DNA of 64,000 nucleotides, taken from Massilia sp. (lineage in GTDB: Bacteria; Pseudomonadota; Gammaproteobacteria; Burkholderiales; Burkholderiaceae_D). Positions 32,892-43,229 of this stretch are shown here, piece after piece. Each line of letters begins with the position of its first letter. Positions within the stretch are counted from its first letter, which is position 1. The position numbers and the translations under genes are program-made. The stretch is from positions 8,081 to 72,080 of the forward strand of contig JANYGW010000156.1 of NCBI GenBank assembly GCA_025359245.1, in the 5' to 3' direction. A model generated the notes under the pieces. The model saw only the letters and a list, made by a program, of their open reading frames with translations. It ran no database searches and was not told where the DNA came from.

Positions 32892-33472
32892 TCTTGTACC
32901 TGCACGGTTTTCGCTCTTCGCCCAAATCCTACAAGGCGCGCGTGGTCGGCGTGCGCATGCTCGAGCTGGGCTTGTCCGACGAGCTGCGCTGCCCGCAGCT
33001 GCCGGCCTCGCCCAAGGAGGCGATCGCGCTGGCGCTCAAGCTGGTCGAGGGCGTGCCGGCCGACGGGCTGGCCATCGTCGGCTCCTCGCTGGGCGGCTAC
33101 TACGCCACCTGGCTGGCCGAGCAGCTGGGCTGCCGCGCGGTGCTGCTCAATCCGGCCATCGTGCCGCTCAAGGACCTCGACCAGCACGTCGGCGTGACGA
33201 CCCAGTTCCATTCCGACCAGCCGTTCGAGTTCAAGCGCGAGTACATAGCCGAGCTGCGCGCGCTCGCGGTCGACAAGATCACCCGGCCGGAACGCTATTT
33301 CCTGATCGCCGCCACCGGCGACGAAGTGCTCGACTACCGCGACATGGTGGCCCACTACGACGGCGCGCGCCAGCACATCATCGACGGCAGCGACCACGCG
33401 ATCCCCGAATTCAAGCAGTATGTGGACGAGGTACTGACGTTTTGCCTGGCGGCGCCGGACGCGCCCCTGTGA
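32888..33472 (+). CDS. yqiA: YqiA/YcfP family esterase
   Basis: YLHGFRSSP, GSSLGG, LLNPA, GDEVLD, GSDH. Confidence 0.85.
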   Translation: MILYLHGFRSSPKSYKARVVGVRMLELGLSDELRCPQLPASPKEAIALALKLVEGVPADGLAIVGSSLGGYYATWLAEQLGCRAVLLNPAIVPLKDLDQHVGVTTQFHSDQPFEFKREYIAELRALAVDKITRPERYFLIAATGDEVLDYRDMVAHYDGARQHIIDGSDHAIPEFKQYVDEVLTFCLAAPDAPL

Positions 33473-34047
33473 GGATCGCGACGCTGCGCCAGGCGCTGTG
33501 GCATGCGCACGTGAACGCCGTCAATGCGCCGGCCGCCATGCGCGCCTGGCTGACCGCGACCGGTTCGCTGACCGCGCGCCTGAGCGCGCACAGCAGCGCG
33601 TTCCGGGTCCAGCGCCTGCACCAGCGCACCGCCAAGTGCCTGTTCGACGAGGCGCGCGCGGTCGGCCTGCAGCGCCCTGGCCGCGTGTGGGAGCGCGAAG
33701 TGCTGCTGCGCTGCGACGGCGCGCCGGTGGTGTTCGCGCACACGGTGGTGCCGATGTCGGCCACGGCCGCCGACTGGCCGCTGTTCAGCGCGCTGGGCGA
33801 GCGCTCGCTCGGCAGCACGCTGTTTTACGATCCGCAAGTGTCGCGCGGCGAACTGGAATTTGCGCGCATCCGCGCCGGCCACCCGCTGATGCAGCGCGCG
33901 CGCGCGGCACTCGGCGCGGCCGACAATACGATTTTTTATGCGCGGCGCTGCCTGTATCGCCGCCATCGGGGAACGCTGCTGGTGACCGAGGTCTTCTTGC
34001 CCCCGGTGCTGGAACTGGCGTCACGCACCACTTACAATACAAAGTAA
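33469..34047 (+). CDS. ubiC: Chorismate lyase
   Basis: WL..GSLT..L, REVLL, LG..LF, ARR, LLVTEVFLP. Confidence 0.85.
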   Translation: MRIATLRQALWHAHVNAVNAPAAMRAWLTATGSLTARLSAHSSAFRVQRLHQRTAKCLFDEARAVGLQRPGRVWEREVLLRCDGAPVVFAHTVVPMSATAADWPLFSALGERSLGSTLFYDPQVSRGELEFARIRAGHPLMQRARAALGAADNTIFYARRCLYRRHRGTLLVTEVFLPPVLELASRTTYNTK

Positions 34048-34050
34048 ATC

Positions 34051-36099
34051 ATGAATCTATTTTTTGAAGAGTCCGGCGATTTCAAGGTCGGCAGCGTACT
34101 GTCCCAGGCGGGCGAGGCCTACCAGGTTGAAATGCCGAGCGGCAAGCGCACCAAGGTCAAGGTCAAGGATGTGCTGGTCCAGTACGAAAAACCGTCCGCC
34201 CAGGAACTGATGGACGGCGCCAAGGCGATCGCCGCCGACGTCGATTTCGAATTCCTGTGGGAAGTGGCTGGGCAGGACGAGTTCGGTTTCGCCGAGTTGG
34301 GCGCCGAATATTTCGGCCATGCGCCGCAGCCGGTCGAATCGGCCGGCCTGATCCTGGCGCTGCACGGCGCGCCGATCTACTTCTATAAGAAGGGCCGCGG
34401 GCGCTACAAGGCGGCCCCGGAAGCGTCCTTGCGCGCGGCGCAGGCCGGCATCGAAAAGAAGAAACAGCAAGCGCTGGTGCAGGATGGCTATGTCGCCGAA
34501 CTGAAGGACAACAAGCTGCCTGCGGCCATGGCGGCGCTGGTGCAGCAGCTGCTGTTCAAGCCCGACAAGAACACCATCGAGTACAAGGCGCTCGAAGCGG
34601 CTTGCAATGAGTTGCACACGACGGCGCCGCGTTTGATGCTGGCCACCGGCGGCATCGCCTCGCCCAAGGCGCTGCATATGGCGCGCTTTTTGTTCGACAG
34701 CTTCCCGCGCGGCGCCGGTTTCCCGGCCGTGCCGGTGCCGGCCACCCCGTCCGGCCTGCCGCTGGCCGACGTCGCCGCGTTCTCGATCGATGACGTGACC
34801 ACCACCGAAATCGACGATGCGTTCTCGGTCGCGACCCTGCCCGACGGCATGGTGCGGGTCGGCATCCACATCGCCGCGCCGGGCCTGGGCATCCGCCCGG
34901 ACGACGCGGTCGACAAGATGGCGCGCAGCCGCATGTCGACTGTGTATATGCCGGGCGACAAGATCACCATGCTGCCCGACGAGGTGGTCAACGCCTTCAC
35001 GCTGGCCGAAGGCAAGACCTGCCCGGCGCTGTCCCTGTACGCGACCCTGAACCCGGCCGACTGGAGCATCGTCTCGACCGTCACGCGCGCCGAAATGGTG
35101 CCGATCAAGAGCAATTTGCGGCATAACGACCTCGACGAGCTGGTCAACGAGGAGACGCTCGCCAGCGGCGCGGGCGAGTATCCGCACAAGGCCGAGCTGG
35201 CGCTGCTGTGGCAATGGGCGCTGCAGCTCGAAGCGGGGCGCATGCAAAAGCGCGAGGGCTTCGGCCTGAAGCCGGAGCAGAACAACCGCGTCGATTTCAA
35301 CTTCTATGTCGACGACGACGTGGTGTCGGTGGTGCGCAGGAAGCGCGGCGCGCCGCTCGACAAGATCGTCGCCGAGCTGATGATTTTCGCGAACAGTACC
35401 TGGGGCAAGCTGATGCACGATTCCGGCGTGCCCGGCATCTACCGTTCGCAAGGAGCCGGCAGCGGGGCCGGCTGGGCCGCCAAGATGCAGGTGCGCATGG
35501 TCACCCACGCGGCCCCGCACCAGGGCCTGGGCGTGGACCAGTACGCGTGGAGCACCTCGCCGCTGCGCCGCTACACCGACCTGGTCAACCAGTGGCAGAT
35601 CCTGGCCTGCGCCGAGCATGGCGTGACCGCGCCCCTGGTGGCCCCGTTCAAGCCGCGCGACGCGAATCTGTTCGCGATCGTGTCGGCCTTCGACGCCGCC
35701 TATGCCGCCTACAACGACCACCAGCAGAACATGGAACGCTACTGGTGCTTGCGCTGGCTCGGCCAGCAGGGCGCCGGCCAGGTCGAAGCGGTGGTGCTCA
35801 AGGATGAAGTGCTGCGCCTGGTCGACATTCCGCTGATCATCCGCCTGCCTGGCATGCCGGCGGTGGCGCGCGGCGCCCAGGTGACGCTCGATATCCTGCG
35901 CTGGGACGAAGTCGACCTGACGATCGAGGCGCGCCTGGTCGCCATTCCGAGCACCGATGCGATCGCCGCCGACGCCGACCTCGAGTATGAGGAAGACGAG
36001 GCGCCCGGCGCGCCCGACAGCGGCCAGGCCGCGGCGCAGGAAGTGGTCGAGGCCGAGGGCATGGTTGCGGTGGTCACGCCGGAACCCGAGGCCACGTAG
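34051..36099 (+). CDS. RNB-domain exoribonuclease (RNase II/R family)
   Basis: SIDDVTTTEIDDA, TSPLRRYTDL. Confidence 0.9.
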   Translation: MNLFFEESGDFKVGSVLSQAGEAYQVEMPSGKRTKVKVKDVLVQYEKPSAQELMDGAKAIAADVDFEFLWEVAGQDEFGFAELGAEYFGHAPQPVESAGLILALHGAPIYFYKKGRGRYKAAPEASLRAAQAGIEKKKQQALVQDGYVAELKDNKLPAAMAALVQQLLFKPDKNTIEYKALEAACNELHTTAPRLMLATGGIASPKALHMARFLFDSFPRGAGFPAVPVPATPSGLPLADVAAFSIDDVTTTEIDDAFSVATLPDGMVRVGIHIAAPGLGIRPDDAVDKMARSRMSTVYMPGDKITMLPDEVVNAFTLAEGKTCPALSLYATLNPADWSIVSTVTRAEMVPIKSNLRHNDLDELVNEETLASGAGEYPHKAELALLWQWALQLEAGRMQKREGFGLKPEQNNRVDFNFYVDDDVVSVVRRKRGAPLDKIVAELMIFANSTWGKLMHDSGVPGIYRSQGAGSGAGWAAKMQVRMVTHAAPHQGLGVDQYAWSTSPLRRYTDLVNQWQILACAEHGVTAPLVAPFKPRDANLFAIVSAFDAAYAAYNDHQQNMERYWCLRWLGQQGAGQVEAVVLKDEVLRLVDIPLIIRLPGMPAVARGAQVTLDILRWDEVDLTIEARLVAIPSTDAIAADADLEYEEDEAPGAPDSGQAAAQEVVEAEGMVAVVTPEPEAT

Positions 36100-36167
36100 C
36101 AGCCCCGGGGCGGCCATTAGAATGTAGAATGGCCGTTCTTTGATTCAACGATCCGTCGCCTTATCGC

Positions 36168-37046
36168 GTGAAGTCTTTCAGCCAACTTACTCCGCTCAAG
36201 ATCGCCATCTTCGCTTCCGTGCTGCTGCACGGGGCCTTGCTGATGGTGCGCTTCGTCGCCCCGGAAGCGTTCCAGCTCAAGCCGGCCGACCCCGGCCTGG
36301 AAGTGATCCTGGTCAACGCCAAGCACGCCAAGGCGCCGCTCAAGGCCGATGCGCTGGCCCAGGCCAACCTCGACGGCGGCGGCAATGCCGACACGGGCCG
36401 CTCGGTGTCGCCGCTGCCCGACCTGCACCGCAACGAGGCCGGCGAGAGCTTCGAGGCCAAGCAGCGCCGCATCGCCGAGCTGGAAGAGTCGCAAAAGAAC
36501 TTGCTGACCCAGACCCACAAGTCGCTGTACACGGCGCACCCGGTGGCTGACCAGGACAAGCCCGACCCCAACCGCAGCGGCGCCGACCTGGTCGAGAGCA
36601 GCAAGATGCTGGCGCGCGCGGCCGCCGAGATCGGCCAGCGCATCGAAGACCAGAACAAGCGCCCGAAAAAGACCTTCATCACGCCGAGCACGCGCGAAGT
36701 GGGCTATGCGATGTATTACAAGGACATGCAAAAGCGCGTCGAAGAAATCGGCACGCTCAATTTCCCGCAGCACAACGGGAAAAAGATGTACGGCGAGCTG
36801 GTGGTCTACATCCCGATCTTCCAGGACGGCACGATCTACCAGAAGGATGGCGGCGTGCGGGTCGAGAAAAGTTCGGGCAACCCCGACCTCGACAAGGCGG
36901 CGCTGGCGATCGTGCGGCGCGCCGCGCCGTTCGGCCGCTTCCCGCCCAAGATGCTGTCGTCGGACAAGGACGACCTGTGGGTCATCATCACGCGCTTTAA
37001 CTTTACCCGCGAAGAAAAGCTGGAAGCCGAACTGCGGGGCCAATAA
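36168..37046 (+). CDS. TonB C-terminal domain family membrane protein
   Basis: S..LH TM anchor (ASVLLH); C-terminal [19 protein letters not shown]. Confidence 0.8.
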   Translation: MKSFSQLTPLKIAIFASVLLHGALLMVRFVAPEAFQLKPADPGLEVILVNAKHAKAPLKADALAQANLDGGGNADTGRSVSPLPDLHRNEAGESFEAKQRRIAELEESQKNLLTQTHKSLYTAHPVADQDKPDPNRSGADLVESSKMLARAAAEIGQRIEDQNKRPKKTFITPSTREVGYAMYYKDMQKRVEEIGTLNFPQHNGKKMYGELVVYIPIFQDGTIYQKDGGVRVEKSSGNPDLDKAALAIVRRAAPFGRFPPKMLSSDKDDLWVIITRFNFTREEKLEAELRGQ

Positions 37047-37864
37047 TGCGCGATCGCTATTGTGTGATCGGCAATCCGATCGGCCACAGCAAGTCGCCCG
37101 CCATCCACGCCGCCTTCGCGCTGCAAACCGGACAGGACCTGGTCTACGAGCGCTGCCTGGCGCCGCTCGACGGCTTCGACGCCACCGTCGGCGCGCTGGT
37201 CGCGGCCGGCTGCAAGGGCGCCAACGTCACCGTCCCGTTCAAGCTCGCGGCCGCCGCGCTGTGCGGCACGCTGTCGGCGCGCGCCGACGCCGCCGGCGCG
37301 GTCAACACACTCACTTTTGCCGACGGCCAGATCCGCGGCGACAATACCGACGGCGCCGGCCTGGTGCGCGACATCGGCGTCAATGCCGGCTTTGCGCTGG
37401 GCGGCAAGCGCGTGCTGCTGCTGGGCGCGGGCGGGGCGGCCAGGGGCGCGATCCTGCCACTGCTGGGCGAAGCGCCGCGCGAGCTGGTCATCGCCAACCG
37501 CAGCCGCGCCAGCGCCGACGCGCTGGTGGCGCGCTTCGCCGGCCCCGGCCGGCTGTTGTCGGCCTGCGAATTCGTGGACCTCGACGGCCCCTTCGACCTG
37601 GTCGTCAATGCCACCTCGGCCAGCCTGGCGGGCGCCATGCCGCCCTTGCCGGCGGCGATATTTACCCCGCACACGCTGGCATTGGATATGATGTACGGAA
37701 ATCAACCCACGCCCTTCATGGCGTTTGCCAGCGGCTGCGGCGCCATCGCGCGCGACGGCCTTGGCATGCTGGTCGAGCAGGCAGCCGAAGCCTTCGCCCA
37801 GTGGCGCGGCGTACGACCGGAAACGGCAACTATTTTGGAACGCATGCGTAGCAACTCTTTATGA
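37046..37864 (+). CDS. aroE: Shikimate dehydrogenase
   Basis: [35 protein letters not shown]. Confidence 0.96.
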   Translation: MRDRYCVIGNPIGHSKSPAIHAAFALQTGQDLVYERCLAPLDGFDATVGALVAAGCKGANVTVPFKLAAAALCGTLSARADAAGAVNTLTFADGQIRGDNTDGAGLVRDIGVNAGFALGGKRVLLLGAGGAARGAILPLLGEAPRELVIANRSRASADALVARFAGPGRLLSACEFVDLDGPFDLVVNATSASLAGAMPPLPAAIFTPHTLALDMMYGNQPTPFMAFASGCGAIARDGLGMLVEQAAEAFAQWRGVRPETATILERMRSNSL

Positions 37865-38589
37865 CGACATCCCGCAAGGCCGGCACGGCCAAGACCAGCA
37901 CCAGCCGGCGCTGGATCAAATGGCTGTTCCTCGGCCCGCTGCTGATCGTGTTCCTGGTCCAGCTGTATTTTTTGCTGATGGTGTGCTGGTATGCGCAAGT
38001 GAACCCGCGCATGACCAATATGATGAGCGACCAGCTCGCCGCGCTGCGCGAGAAGGACCCGAAAGCCGAACTGGTCCAGCAATGGGTGCCGTACAACCGC
38101 ATCTCGGCGAACCTGAAGCGCGCGGTGATCGCCTCGGAAGACGCCAATTTCGCCGACCACGACGGCGTCGACTGGGAAGCGCTGCAAAAGGCGTACGAGA
38201 AAAATAACAAGAAGCACAAGGTGGTTGGCGGCGGTTCGACCATTACCCAGCAGCTGGCCAAGAATTTGTTCCTGTCCGGTTCACGCAACTATGTCCGCAA
38301 GGGGCAGGAGATGATTATCGCCTTCATGCTCGAAACGGTGATGAGCAAGGAACGCATTTTGGAACTGTACCTGAACGTGGTGGAATACGGACGCGGCATC
38401 TTCGGCGCCGAAGCGGCGGCACGCCACTATTTCAATGTCAGCGCGGCCAACCTGGGCAGCGCCCAGGCCGCCAAGCTGGCCGTGATGCTGCCCAATCCGC
38501 GCTATTACGACCGGCACCGCGACACCAATTACCTGGCGCGCCGCACCAACCTGATCGTCAACCGCATGAGCGCGGCGGAGCTGCCATGA
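37861..38589 (+). CDS. mtgA: Monofunctional peptidoglycan transglycosylase
   Basis: [39 protein letters not shown]. Confidence 0.94.
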   Translation: MTTSRKAGTAKTSTSRRWIKWLFLGPLLIVFLVQLYFLLMVCWYAQVNPRMTNMMSDQLAALREKDPKAELVQQWVPYNRISANLKRAVIASEDANFADHDGVDWEALQKAYEKNNKKHKVVGGGSTITQQLAKNLFLSGSRNYVRKGQEMIIAFMLETVMSKERILELYLNVVEYGRGIFGAEAAARHYFNVSAANLGSAQAAKLAVMLPNPRYYDRHRDTNYLARRTNLIVNRMSAAELP

Positions 38590-38996
38590 GCCCGGCAGGC
38601 GAGCGCGGGGCCCTGAATCTGTATGCGGTCGGGATCTTTTCGGTCCTGCTGGCGGCGGCTGCGATGGCGCTGCTGTTTTCGATGCGCAGCGAGCGCAACC
38701 TGTTCACCGAAGGCGCGGCCAAGGTCGGCAAGCTGGTCACCGACAGCCCGGCCGGCGGCGTCATCGAGGCGGCCAAGACCAGCCTGAAGGGCACGGAGGG
38801 CCAGATGCGCACCTGCGTAATCCATGGCAAGAAGGTCATTTCCAACACCGATTGCACGGACCAGAACAAGTCGACCAAGGTGATGGTGATCCACGACACG
38901 CGCGGTTTCGAGGCGCCCAAGAAGGCCCCCGAACCGGTCAACGCACCAACGTCCGACAAAATGATCGATAAAATCATCGAAAAACAGTTGCAGTAG
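38586..38996 (+). CDS. Membrane-anchored hypothetical protein (DUF4124-like)
   Basis: Overlaps the mtgA stop codon; TM helix; C-x12-C motif; normal codon usage. Confidence 0.6.
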   Translation: MSPAGERGALNLYAVGIFSVLLAAAAMALLFSMRSERNLFTEGAAKVGKLVTDSPAGGVIEAAKTSLKGTEGQMRTCVIHGKKVISNTDCTDQNKSTKVMVIHDTRGFEAPKKAPEPVNAPTSDKMIDKIIEKQLQ

Positions 38997-39078
38997 GGCG
39001 AAATCGTCGTTTCGGGGTGGCCTGACAAATGCCTAACGAGTACACTTGCGCTGTTTCGAATCCCGGCCGAGAAAGCGC

Positions 39079-40047
39079 ATGATCAACGTATTCGTTTTAC
39101 AGAATGGCCGGCTGAACCAGGTTCCGATCGACAGTCGCGAGGACCTGGAAAACGTGGCGCCGGTATGGGTCGACCTGACCGACCCCAACGACGACGAGCG
39201 CGCCTGGGTCAAGACCATCTACGGCGTGATCTTGCCCGGCGAAGATGAAGTCAAGGATATCGAAGCGTCGGCCCGCTACTACGAAGCGGAAAACGGCGAC
39301 CTGCACCTGCGCACCGATTTCTTGCTCGAAGAAGACGACGGCCCGTCGCGCGTGATCACGGTGGCCTTTATCCTGGCCAAGAAAATGCTGTTCTCGGTGC
39401 ACACCGACGACCTGCCGGTGTTTCGCCTGGTGCGCATGCGCGCCCGTTCGCGGCCCGGCTCGATCGCCGACTACATGGACGTGCTGCTCGACCTGTACGC
39501 CACCGACGCCGAGTATTCGGCCGATGCGCTCGAAGGCATCTACCAGGACCTGGAAGAGGTCAGTCGGCGCGTGCTGCAGAAAGAATTTACCGACCAGGAC
39601 GCTGCGGCGGCCCTGAATGCCATCGCCCGCGAGGAGGACTTGAACGGGCGGATCCGGCGCAACATGATGGATACGCGGCGCGCGGTCAGCTTTCTGATGC
39701 GCGGCCGGCTGCTCAATGCCGAGCAGTTCGAGGAAGCGCGCCAGATTCTGCGCGACATCGAGTCGCGCGACGGCCACACGTCCTTCTTGTTCGACAAGAT
39801 CAACTTCCTGATGGACGCCACGGTCGGCTTCATCAACATCAACCAGAACAAGATCATCAAAATCTTCTCGGTCGCATCGGTAGCGTTCCTGCCGCCGACC
39901 CTGATCGCGTCGATCTATGGCATGAACTTCAAGGGCTGGTTCCCCGAACTGGACTGGTCGCTCGGCTATCCGTTCGCCTTGCTGCTGATGGTGACGTCGG
40001 CGATCGCGCCGTTCTGGTACTTCCGCCGGCGCGGCTGGCTCAAATAG
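39079..40047 (+). CDS. corA: Magnesium/cobalt transporter
   Basis: PVWVDL, IEASARYY, PPTLIASIYGMNF. Confidence 0.96.
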   Translation: MINVFVLQNGRLNQVPIDSREDLENVAPVWVDLTDPNDDERAWVKTIYGVILPGEDEVKDIEASARYYEAENGDLHLRTDFLLEEDDGPSRVITVAFILAKKMLFSVHTDDLPVFRLVRMRARSRPGSIADYMDVLLDLYATDAEYSADALEGIYQDLEEVSRRVLQKEFTDQDAAAALNAIAREEDLNGRIRRNMMDTRRAVSFLMRGRLLNAEQFEEARQILRDIESRDGHTSFLFDKINFLMDATVGFININQNKIIKIFSVASVAFLPPTLIASIYGMNFKGWFPELDWSLGYPFALLLMVTSAIAPFWYFRRRGWLK

Positions 40048-40278
40048 GGTTCGGTTTGCCTCTGCAAAATGCAAGGAAGTTGCGGCCCGCATCAATCCGC
40101 AGCTGGAAGCGCTGAAAAGAAGAGTCTGTTATTTGTTCCGGCGCAGGTTCGCCTGGCGCAGTCGGCTGCGAGGACGACACTGCCCGTTTGCATTCCAGTT
40201 TCCAAGCGCCCATGCAAGGAGAATAACGTCTTCGATGACTTGCGGTCGTCCGTGCAGGCTCGCGTGGTTAGCGAATGA

Positions 40279-40509
40279 TTACTCCTTCTTCGGAGTGCTC
40301 GGTTCCGGTTCCGGCGCCGGTTGTGGGAAATCGCTCTTCAGTTTTCCTATGGGCTTGGGACCGTCCTTACAAACGTAGTCGCATATCTCTTTGTCCTTGA
40401 ATTGTTGCATGCAGGCCTTATAGCATTTTTTTGGATCCGTTTCCTGGGCAAAGGCGGCTGCAGAAGTGAACACGGTGACGGCGATGAAAATGGCTAAGTA
40501 TTTCTTCAT
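40279..40509 (-). CDS. Secreted twin-CX3C peptide B (76 aa)
   Basis: MKKYLAIFIAVTVFTSAAAFA signal, then QETDPKK-CYKAC-x9-CDYVC and a Pro/Lys/Glu tail; GGAAG upstream of ATG 40509. Confidence 0.8.
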   Translation of the reverse strand: MKKYLAIFIAVTVFTSAAAFAQETDPKKCYKACMQQFKDKEICDYVCKDGPKPIGKLKSDFPQPAPEPEPSTPKKE

Positions 40510-40540
40510 TATTTTCTTCCAAAAAATGGCGCTAGTAGTT

Positions 40541-40939
40541 CTATGGTTTGGCGCTGGCGGCCGCCAGCTCGCTATACTCGTTTTCAATAAAGCCGATGAC
40601 CAACTTCTTATCGGAAATGAGTACAGGTACGCCACTTTCATTGAGCTTTGAGAACAGGTCGCGTGCTTCTATCGATTTATCGACGATGCGATCATTGAAC
40701 GGTATGCCTGCATGGATTAGGTAGGCCCGCGCTTTGGCGCAGTATTGGCATGTCGAAGTTCCATACAGGGTCAGGCGATGGGGCTGGTTTGCCACATGCA
40801 CTGCAAAATCCCCGGAGCGACTGTGGCCTTTCCATTTTTGATATAGCTGCGGCGCCTGGCTTCCAATGGCGATCGCTGCAGCGATGGTGACGGCCATCAG
40901 CATGATATTGGTGAGGGTACTCTTGATGCTTGCTTTCAT
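40541..40939 (-). CDS. Glutaredoxin/NrdH-like thiol oxidoreductase with N-terminal membrane anchor
   Basis: LYGTSTCQYC..A..L, GVPVL, IGF; hydrophobic N-terminal helix; AAGGGG SD. Confidence 0.85.
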   Translation of the reverse strand: MKASIKSTLTNIMLMAVTIAAAIAIGSQAPQLYQKWKGHSRSGDFAVHVANQPHRLTLYGTSTCQYCAKARAYLIHAGIPFNDRIVDKSIEARDLFSKLNESGVPVLISDKKLVIGFIENEYSELAAASAKP

Positions 40940-40973
40940 GTATTCCCCTTGGTTTTTCCGGCGGCTGCCGATT

Positions 40974-43208
40974 TCATAATTTGGTATCGAACCGCACGCT
41001 CAGCGTTGTGTACTTTCTAGTGTCAGCGTATTGGCGCACCACCTCGTCGTGCGTGATGTATTCATTGATCTGTTGCTGCGTGCGCGGGGACTGCGTCTTG
41101 AAAGACATGACCACGCGCTTATCTTTGTCGATGGCCCAGTTCGCGCTGGCATCGAAGGCAAAGCTTCGTGGCATGGCGATGCGTTCGGACAGGCTGGTGC
41201 GGACCCACGCCGAGGGACTCCAATCTGCATCGACATCGAACTTGAGTGGGGTCGTTGGCATGGCATAACTGACGCCAAGCTTGGCAGTCCACGGTGTTTG
41301 CTTGTCCAGGCGATTGTCCGGGCCAGGCAGGCTCGATACGCGTGACGTGGCCAATCCAGCACTGCCGCGCAAGGTGATTTTTGGTGCGATCTTGGACAGA
41401 TCGCGTAGTGCCAGTTCCATTTCGAGGTCGATGCCTGCCGTGCGGGCGGTCCCCAGATTGGCGGGGCGCGATACATACCGCGGCGACGTGGACCAGGGCA
41501 CTGTATCGAGTGCGATGTCGGTGCCGATCTTGCCGGCGATTTGACGTGCAAAGACTTCCAGCGTGATTTGGCTGTCGTCTCCTAAGCCGTGTTCGTATGA
41601 TAAATTCAGGCCAAGGGCACGTTCGGGGCTCAATCCCAGATTGCCCGACTTGTCGGCCGTGTCAATCGTGTTGGCGCCGCAAACGCCGCTCGCAGCACAT
41701 GGGGCCAGTGGATTGATCTCCGGCCGCAGTGTGTAATTGTCAACCTGGGGCGCTTTGAAGCTTTGTGCCAGGCTGAGGCGAAGCTGGCGCTTGTCGTCAT
41801 CCCCGATTTTTTTTGATACATGGAGTGACGGCGACCACATACGAAAACTTGTTTGACCGCGGTAGAGCGACTCCGCCACGTCAATCGTGCTTTCCTGGCC
41901 CGACACGCCGGCGTTCAAGGCCCAGCCCTCGCTGATGCGCCATTCGTCCTGCAGATACAGCTGTACATGTTTGCTCAATGATCGCCGGTTCGTTCCTAGC
42001 GCCGCCAATGCAACGTCCGGCTGGCCGTTGATGCGGTAATCGTAGTCGACGTCTGATGTGCTACGGCCATAGCTGGTACCTGCCTTGAGATCGTGACCGC
42101 CTTCCAAGTTCACCCGGTAGGCGAGTTCGATATTGTTAGTGCGGCCATCGGACTGTTGGCTACTGTTGCGCAGGGTTCCTGCCTGCGCGGAAGTGGCATC
42201 GACGCGTGCCGAGCTACTGTCCATGCGTGACAAATGGGTTCGAGCGCTCAATTCCAGCTGACTTTTCTTGCTGGGCTTAAATATCCATTTGAATGGCAGC
42301 GAGAACATGGTGAGCGACCCTTTGGACTCTTGTTGGACGCTTGATGTCGTGCCATCCGACCACCGTCGCGATTCGGCCCCTTCGCTTGGCCCTTGTGCAG
42401 CGAAAAAATACGGCGACAGACTGATCGCCTCATCAGGCCCCCGCTGCCACGTGACGTTGGCACTGCTCGCCACATTCGGGTTGCGTGATACGGTTCTAAG
42501 CACCGCCTGTGACTGCTCCTGTTCGCCCTGGACCGGGACAGTAAGCGTCTGCCTGACGCGGCTGTCGCTGAGACTGGTCGCCTGGCTGGCGGACAGGTTG
42601 GCGCTGAACCGCAGGGGCGAGCCTTCCGTGCTCTGATTGTGCGACAAGGACAGGCTGGCGCCTGGCTTGCCCGCATTGCTGCTCAGCCCGGTGCTGAGCT
42701 GGGTACTGGTCTTGCGAACGCTCTTGCGGGTAACGATATTGATCGTGCCGGCGATCCCGAAAGGGCCATACTCGGCAACGCTGGATTTAATGATCTCAAT
42801 TTTTTCGATATGGACGACGTCGAGCTGGCTTGGGCGTTGCCCCGCCATCGGCGCTTGACCATCGACCAGCACTTGCGTATAGCCTGGCATATTGAGCAAG
42901 CCGATGCGCCCGTCGCCACTAACCGTCACGGCAGGTTCGCGCTTCAATAGTTCTTCGACAGTGCGCACGCCGCTATCTTCGATGCGTTCGCGGCCAATGA
43001 TGATTTTGCCGGCCACGAAGTCGCGTCGTGCTGCCGTATCAGTTAGCCTTCCCGTCACGAGAACTTGCGTATCCGGAGTGGTTTTTTCAGGCTCCTGAGC
43101 CGCGCCGGTAACGGCATGCGCGACCAGTGATGCAAATAAAAAGGGTTTGAATTGTAATTGCACAGCCTGTTTTCCCGCATCTTTTCGGACGCTATGGCTC
43201 GCCGCCAT
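40974..43208 (-). CDS. TonB-dependent outer-membrane receptor (alternative GTG start at 43163)
   Basis: Signal peptide; TonB box QVLVTG; plug motifs VLVDG, IEKIEIIK, AGTINIVT; GN..LSPE; alternating beta-strand C-terminus. Confidence 0.9.
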   Translation of the reverse strand: MAASHSVRKDAGKQAVQLQFKPFLFASLVAHAVTGAAQEPEKTTPDTQVLVTGRLTDTAARRDFVAGKIIIGRERIEDSGVRTVEELLKREPAVTVSGDGRIGLLNMPGYTQVLVDGQAPMAGQRPSQLDVVHIEKIEIIKSSVAEYGPFGIAGTINIVTRKSVRKTSTQLSTGLSSNAGKPGASLSLSHNQSTEGSPLRFSANLSASQATSLSDSRVRQTLTVPVQGEQEQSQAVLRTVSRNPNVASSANVTWQRGPDEAISLSPYFFAAQGPSEGAESRRWSDGTTSSVQQESKGSLTMFSLPFKWIFKPSKKSQLELSARTHLSRMDSSSARVDATSAQAGTLRNSSQQSDGRTNNIELAYRVNLEGGHDLKAGTSYGRSTSDVDYDYRINGQPDVALAALGTNRRSLSKHVQLYLQDEWRISEGWALNAGVSGQESTIDVAESLYRGQTSFRMWSPSLHVSKKIGDDDKRQLRLSLAQSFKAPQVDNYTLRPEINPLAPCAASGVCGANTIDTADKSGNLGLSPERALGLNLSYEHGLGDDSQITLEVFARQIAGKIGTDIALDTVPWSTSPRYVSRPANLGTARTAGIDLEMELALRDLSKIAPKITLRGSAGLATSRVSSLPGPDNRLDKQTPWTAKLGVSYAMPTTPLKFDVDADWSPSAWVRTSLSERIAMPRSFAFDASANWAIDKDKRVVMSFKTQSPRTQQQINEYITHDEVVRQYADTRKYTTLSVRFDTKL

Positions 43209-43229
43209 AGCGCTTGCTACAACTAAATA

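Noticed and set aside
40048-40278. Short ORFs between corA and peptide B
   Set aside because: Hand translation of the minus strand gave no signal peptide, twin-CX3C motif or good SD.
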